A stretch of DNA of 64,000 nucleotides, taken from Lingula anatina. Lineage: Eukaryota > Animalia > Brachiopoda. A program made the position numbers and the translations under genes. The notes beneath the pieces were generated by a model. It was not told where the DNA came from and searched no databases. It worked only from the letters and a program-made list of their open reading frames with translations. The stretch is from the NCBI GenBank assembly GCA_051362555.1, contig CM120642.1, positions 806,001-870,000 of the forward strand, written 5' to 3'. Below, piece after piece: positions 59,021 to 64,000 of the stretch; position 1 is the first letter of the stretch, and each line of letters opens with the position of its first letter.

Positions 59021-59789
59021 TAAACACATTTCTTTATCTACTAAAATATTATTTTAATTCAAGATTTTACTCTAAAATAGAATAATGAAATTATTATACA
59101 AAAATCAAATTTCGCAAGGAATTTAGCACAAAGCAATATATCCGCATACAAAAAGTACATATATAACATAATGTCAGAGTGACACACGTACTGTTCAAAC
59201 AAGTTATCAAAATTAAAAGACACCAATGTTCTGTGTATCATTATGAATCATCACATGTCGGCAGGGGCAGTTGTTGCCCTCTATGCGGAGCACTTGTATT
59301 GATAAGTTATTAACATCACTAAATGGCTGATAACCTCTTTGGATATCATAACACAAGTTCAGCATAACGATATATGTACTGTCAGTTCATGATACATCAT
59401 AGAATGTCTTATTGTAGTTTCTCTGAAAAATGTCCCAACCTGTACATTGTATGTCATGCTCAATAGCAAACAAAGTTCATTCTAAGTTCAGCATAGACTT
59501 CTGTAAAATGTCAAGAGTATGCGGTACGCAATACTCAATTTTTTTCAATGGGCAGATTCATAATTTTATAATCACAAAAACTAAACTTTTCTATATATAT
59601 ATGTTGCATTTATTTTATTTTGCTTTTAGTATATAGAATCTACAGGTATAGTGGAGTTTGATTTTTAATTTTTTAAAGTGTTGTTACCACTCACTCAAAA
59701 TGTTTTAATTTTAGGAAATTATGACTTAAAAGTACAATACATTGTATCTTCAAAATGCACTATTTTCACCCATTGAAATGAATTAGTTA

Positions 59790-60683
59790 TTACTGTATAT
59801 TTTGAAGATACTGGAATGTCATAACTTGACCTAAGCACTCTGCCACAACCAGCTGACCAGCAGGGTTGTTGGCTAAGGCTCTGGGAAGATTCAGCCCATC
59901 CTCTTCAGTGGCAAGGTATCTGATGAACTGTCCCTGTGGACTCAGTGCCACTATCCTGAGATTATGATAATCAGCAATGAAGATGTGACCAGAGTTGTCT
60001 GTACACACTCCCTGTGGTTCACACAGCTGACCATCACCACTGCCATGTGTGCCATACTGGTACAGCTGACCACCAGTAGGTGACAGCACATGTGCACAGT
60101 GTGTGAACCAGTCTGATATTACAATGTTATCATTCACACTGTTCACTGTGATGTACCGTGGAGACACACACATACTGAGTGGAATAGTGTTCAGGAGCTG
60201 TCCACTGTCTGCATCGAATGTGACGATGGATTTTTTTTCACTGTCACAAACCATCACATGACCTTGTCTGTTCAGTGTGACACCACTCGGCATCTCAAGT
60301 TTACCGAAACCCATGGTTGTTAGGTGCTGACCCCTGGTGGAGTACACTTGGACACATTTGTCACCCAGTGATGTTATATACAGGTGACCAGTCTGTGACA
60401 AAGCCACATCCACTGGGTTATTTAGTTTTATGTCAAACTGGAATTGTCCTTCATGTGTGAATACCTTTGTTCTGTTATTACTGTCATCCACAATAAATAA
60501 ATGTCGTTCATCTATGGCCAGCCCACTTATGGACATGCTTTTATCATCTTTCAATTTAGGATTGAAGGAATTCACACATTCAGCCCTCTCTAAGAAAACA
60601 GGAGGGTGTGGAGCAGAACTTGTAACTGTTCCATGACCAGCTAATGGAGGTAAATGTGACTCTCCTGTCACCTGTCCTGACAT
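59790..60683 (-). CDS. TRIM-NHL copy 5: NHL-only protein, 297 aa, RBCC deleted
   Basis: Open from accATG (MSGQVT, equivalent to internal MLGQVT of paralogs) to TAA; directly preceded by a homolog of the copy 3 5' flank. Confidence 0.7.
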   Translation of the reverse strand: MSGQVTGESHLPPLAGHGTVTSSAPHPPVFLERAECVNSFNPKLKDDKSMSISGLAIDERHLFIVDDSNNRTKVFTHEGQFQFDIKLNNPVDVALSQTGHLYITSLGDKCVQVYSTRGQHLTTMGFGKLEMPSGVTLNRQGHVMVCDSEKKSIVTFDADSGQLLNTIPLSMCVSPRYITVNSVNDNIVISDWFTHCAHVLSPTGGQLYQYGTHGSGDGQLCEPQGVCTDNSGHIFIADYHNLRIVALSPQGQFIRYLATEEDGLNLPRALANNPAGQLVVAECLGQVMTFQYLQNIQ

Positions 60684-60982
60684 GGTAAGCACTCAGTGCA
60701 TGAATGGTTCAACAGTAAAATGTAAGCTCTTTCGCTGGCTTTCTTTATAGTATCTTATCAGGTGATGTTGACCTTAAAAATATTTATGGAAACTGTACCA
60801 TGTCAATAATGATAACATATGCACTATATTTGATATGTTGTTAGTACAATTAAGTGGCCATGGAGCAAAAAGGGGGGGGGGGGGGCGTTGCTTCTTCTGA
60901 TTTAATCATTTACTGATACGAATAACATAAGGGTCTCTTAATTCTGATAATATGCTTTTAACAGTGTGTTACTATCTATCAT

Positions 60983-60998
60983 TGTAATAATAGTAATT

Positions 60999-61037
<39 letters not shown>

Positions 61038-62025
61038 CTATTAGGTAAAATTGCAACCTTAAGGTTGAAGTTGTACAAAGAATGTTTAAAAGAAAATTGA
61101 CAATAAGCTTTAAATTATAAAACAATCAATTATTCCTAAAATACTACAAACTAGAAAGGAGTTCATAAATTACTAAAAGTTAAAGAGGCAATAATTAATA
61201 AAGGAATTTCTAAAACGTTCCATCTTCACTTTTGGTTGTAAGAATTTGGTGTTGTTTCGTAAAGGGCGGGTGTTTCTTTCAGGCCATAAATGACCCAACT
61301 TTTCACAATTTTGTAATTTTGTATAAAACCTCTGATACAGCAAATGTCTATGTTTGTCTAGGGTGTCCATGTTACATGTAGAAACTTTTAATGCATCATC
61401 GTAACTGAGACCAGGGCAAATAATCCTTAAGGCTCTCTTTTGAACTGACTCGAGACATTCAGATTGCTCAGCAGTCAGACCTGGTCCCCACACTGGACAG
61501 GCATATTCTAAAACTGATCTTATTACAGACTGGTAAATAGTTAATAAATCTTGTATGTCCAGTTTTGCCCTCTTTAGCTGTCTGAGATAAAAGAGCTTTA
61601 AACATGCCTTAGCATACATGATTTGGATGTGTTCAGCCCACTTGAGGTCTGGGGTTAAAATAACACCAAGTATCTTAAACTTTTTGACCTTTTCTACACG
61701 TTCACCATCTATTTCCAATGTTGGTATTGTAAGATTACAGTTCTTGGTAAAATTTATGTCCATCGACTTAGTCTTCCTTACATTAAGTTTCATCTTGTTT
61801 TGCTTGACTCAGTCAGCCAATTGATCTATTGCTTGTGGTAGATGCGGTGTTTTGCCAAATTTGCAAATTTCGTAAATGGAAGTATCATCAACAAACTTAA
61901 TGTCTGAACAACAAGTTTTTAGGTCATTGATCATTGCAAGGAAAAGGATGGGACCTAATTTAGTGCCCTGAGGCACTCCTCCCACTAGCTGAACCCAATT
62001 GTATGAAAAATTTCCCATTTTTGTA
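60983..62025 (-). mobile_element. 5'-truncated CR1/L2-group LINE
   Basis: GVPQGTKLGPILFLAMINDL..KFVDD, MKLNVRKTK, LEYACPVW, LESVQKRALRII; in-frame stop at ~61809; (TTA)n tail. Confidence 0.88.
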
Positions 62026-63227
62026 TGGATATTGCTTTACCTGGTATATTGAATACCTCATAAAATTAGATTTTTGTTTTCTGTAAGAATTCTGAAGTGA
62101 ATTTACATTTTTGGATCGTTGGCAAATAGCATATTTTTCTATTAGATAAATATAAGCTTCCTCTGATCAGGAGAATTTTAATTACTGCGGAATCTGGACT
62201 AACCTAGCCTGAGATGGCATGCTTATCCTGGTAAGATAAATCCTGGTCTCATGAGGCCATGCCGTCAGTACGAGCATAGGCCCTTTTTTGTCGTCTTTCG
62301 GAAGTAGGCATATATTATTTCCTGCAATGTTATTTTGTGTTGATGTTGAAGAAATAATAACTTTTCTCAATGCTTGTTCCCGAATCAAAAGTTTTCAGCC
62401 CTTCTGTGATGAAGGTGAGGGTGACAAGTATGGAGGGGGTGGACTGGTTAATGGACGTCCCGCCGGATAGCACGATAGACAGGATAAAGGTATCGGGTTC
62501 TCTTAATTAAGTTAAAAGAAATGACATGATTTTCATTGAAACTGAAAGTAAAAAGCGAATGTTATGTAGTTCTTTCAAGTGCAACTTACGTTCTACATTT
62601 TAATGTTTCTTCTTTTCAAATCAGAGTACTCAAATTTGCTATGATCCAGCTACTAGTAAGCTCTTTGAAGATGCATACATTCATGAGTAGTGTTATCATC
62701 ATTGCATTATTTTCAGATAATTTTAAATAAAATTATGAACGTGGAGTCTGAAGATATTTTGACCAAGGATTCAGCTGATGCCATCGTACTGGAACTCTTT
62801 ATCTTGCTTGCACACTCCCATAAATTGCTGCTCCCTCACTTACTGTAAAAGAAAACAGAAACAGTATCAAGAAGAAACACACAGTTGCAGAGCAGCTCAC
62901 ATTCATTTGTGGTGTGCCTAAATTGCACAGTACAGCACAACACAGCAGAATACACTTGAAAAAATGAGGCCAGTTGCAATTAAACAAAGGAAATGGTCAA
63001 CTCCAACAAAATAGGTTGACATGAAAGAGAAATATATTACTAGGAAATCAGTGTTGTTGATCGATGCAACTTAACAATATTTTACTAACAGCTGGACTTT
63101 TTTAAGTGTATTGTGAAATGTTGTGCTGTATTGCACAATTTAGCCCCCCCCCCCCTCATTTGTGTGTTTCGTTCTTGACATTTGCCATGGTAGAAAATGA
63201 AGCAGTTCTATTTAAATTTAGTTTGTG

Positions 63228-64000
63228 TAACTTTCAGATTATGGCTAGCAGTCATTTCTACACTCCAGCTGCTGGGATGAAGGCATCTACATATCACAAG
63301 TTAATCCTGGTGAGATCTTTGTATAGGTTACCAGTTAATATAACTTTCAGATCATGGCTAGCAGTCATTTCTACACTCCAGCTGCTGGGATGAAGGCTTC
63401 TACATATCACAAGTTAATCCTGGTGAGATCTTTGTATAGGTTACCAGTTAATATAACTTTCAGATCATGGCTAGCAGTCATTTCTACACTCCAGCTGCTG
63501 GGATGAAGGCATCTACATATCACAAGTTAATCCTGGTGAGATCTTTGTATAGGTTACCAGTTAATATAACTTTCAGATCATGGCTAGCAGTCATTTCTAC
63601 ACTCCAGCTGCTGGGATGAAGGCATCTACATATCACAAGTTAATCCTGGTGAGATCTTTGTATAGGTTACCAGTTAATATAACTTTCAGATCATGGCTAG
63701 CAGTCATTTCTACACTCCAGCTGCTGGGATGAAGGCATCCACATATCACAAGTTAATCCTGGTGAGATCTTTGTATAGGTTACCAGTTAATATAACTTTC
63801 AGATCATGGCTAGCAGTCATTTCTACACTCCAGCTGCTGGGATGAAGGCATCTACATATCACAAGTTAATCCTGGTGAGATCTTTGTATAGGTTACCAGT
63901 TAATATAACTTTCAGATCATGGCTAGCAGTCATTTCTACACTCCAGCTGCTGGGATGAAGGCATCTACATATCACAAGTTAATCCTGGTGAGATCTTTGT
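63228..64000. repeat. 113-bp satellite/minisatellite, ~7 near-identical copies, continuing past window end
   Basis: Unit AACTTTCAGATCATGGCTAGCAGTCATTTCTACACTCCAGCTGCTGGGATGAAGG...GTTACCAGTTAATAT. Confidence 0.97.

Noticed and set aside
33369-60636. Plus-strand ORFs overlapping TRIM genes and other 60-150-aa track ORFs in introns and repeats
   Set aside because: Antisense shadows or low-complexity/repeat-derived frames with no recognisable domain or splice support

Overview
AT-rich animal genomic DNA, not prokaryotic: it has spliceosomal GT-AG introns and a repeat landscape suggesting a marine invertebrate, probably a lophotrochozoan (inference). Left half: a head-to-head gene pair with ATGs 350 bp apart. 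On the minus strand is a signal-peptide, Cys-rich NPDC1/cab-1-like gene (4 coding exons seen, running off the window start). On the plus strand is a complete 8-exon, ~850-aa PH + IRS-type PTB adaptor (DOK/IRS-like) with a Tyr-motif repeat tail. Right half: a minus-strand tandem array of TRIM-NHL (RING-Bbox-coiled coil-NHL) genes with intronless CDS, comprising three intact copies, one transposon-disrupted pseudogene and one intact NHL-only deletion derivative. The copies are mosaics of one another with patchy NHL variation. Their 3' flanks are homologous to intron 5 of the neighbouring adaptor gene, and a ~100-bp GC-box/GATA-containing module sits in inverted orientation on both sides of several copies. 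Interspersed are LINE fragments, a Harbinger remnant, Helentron/HINE-like elements, many MITEs (several with empty sites in paralogous units), a multi-level nested insertion inside a 7.5-kb element with ~150-bp inverted ends, two 29-38-bp hairpins with 7-bp TSDs resembling P-element excision footprints, and minisatellites. All alignments and translations were done by eye; family names rest on motif recognition, not database searches.
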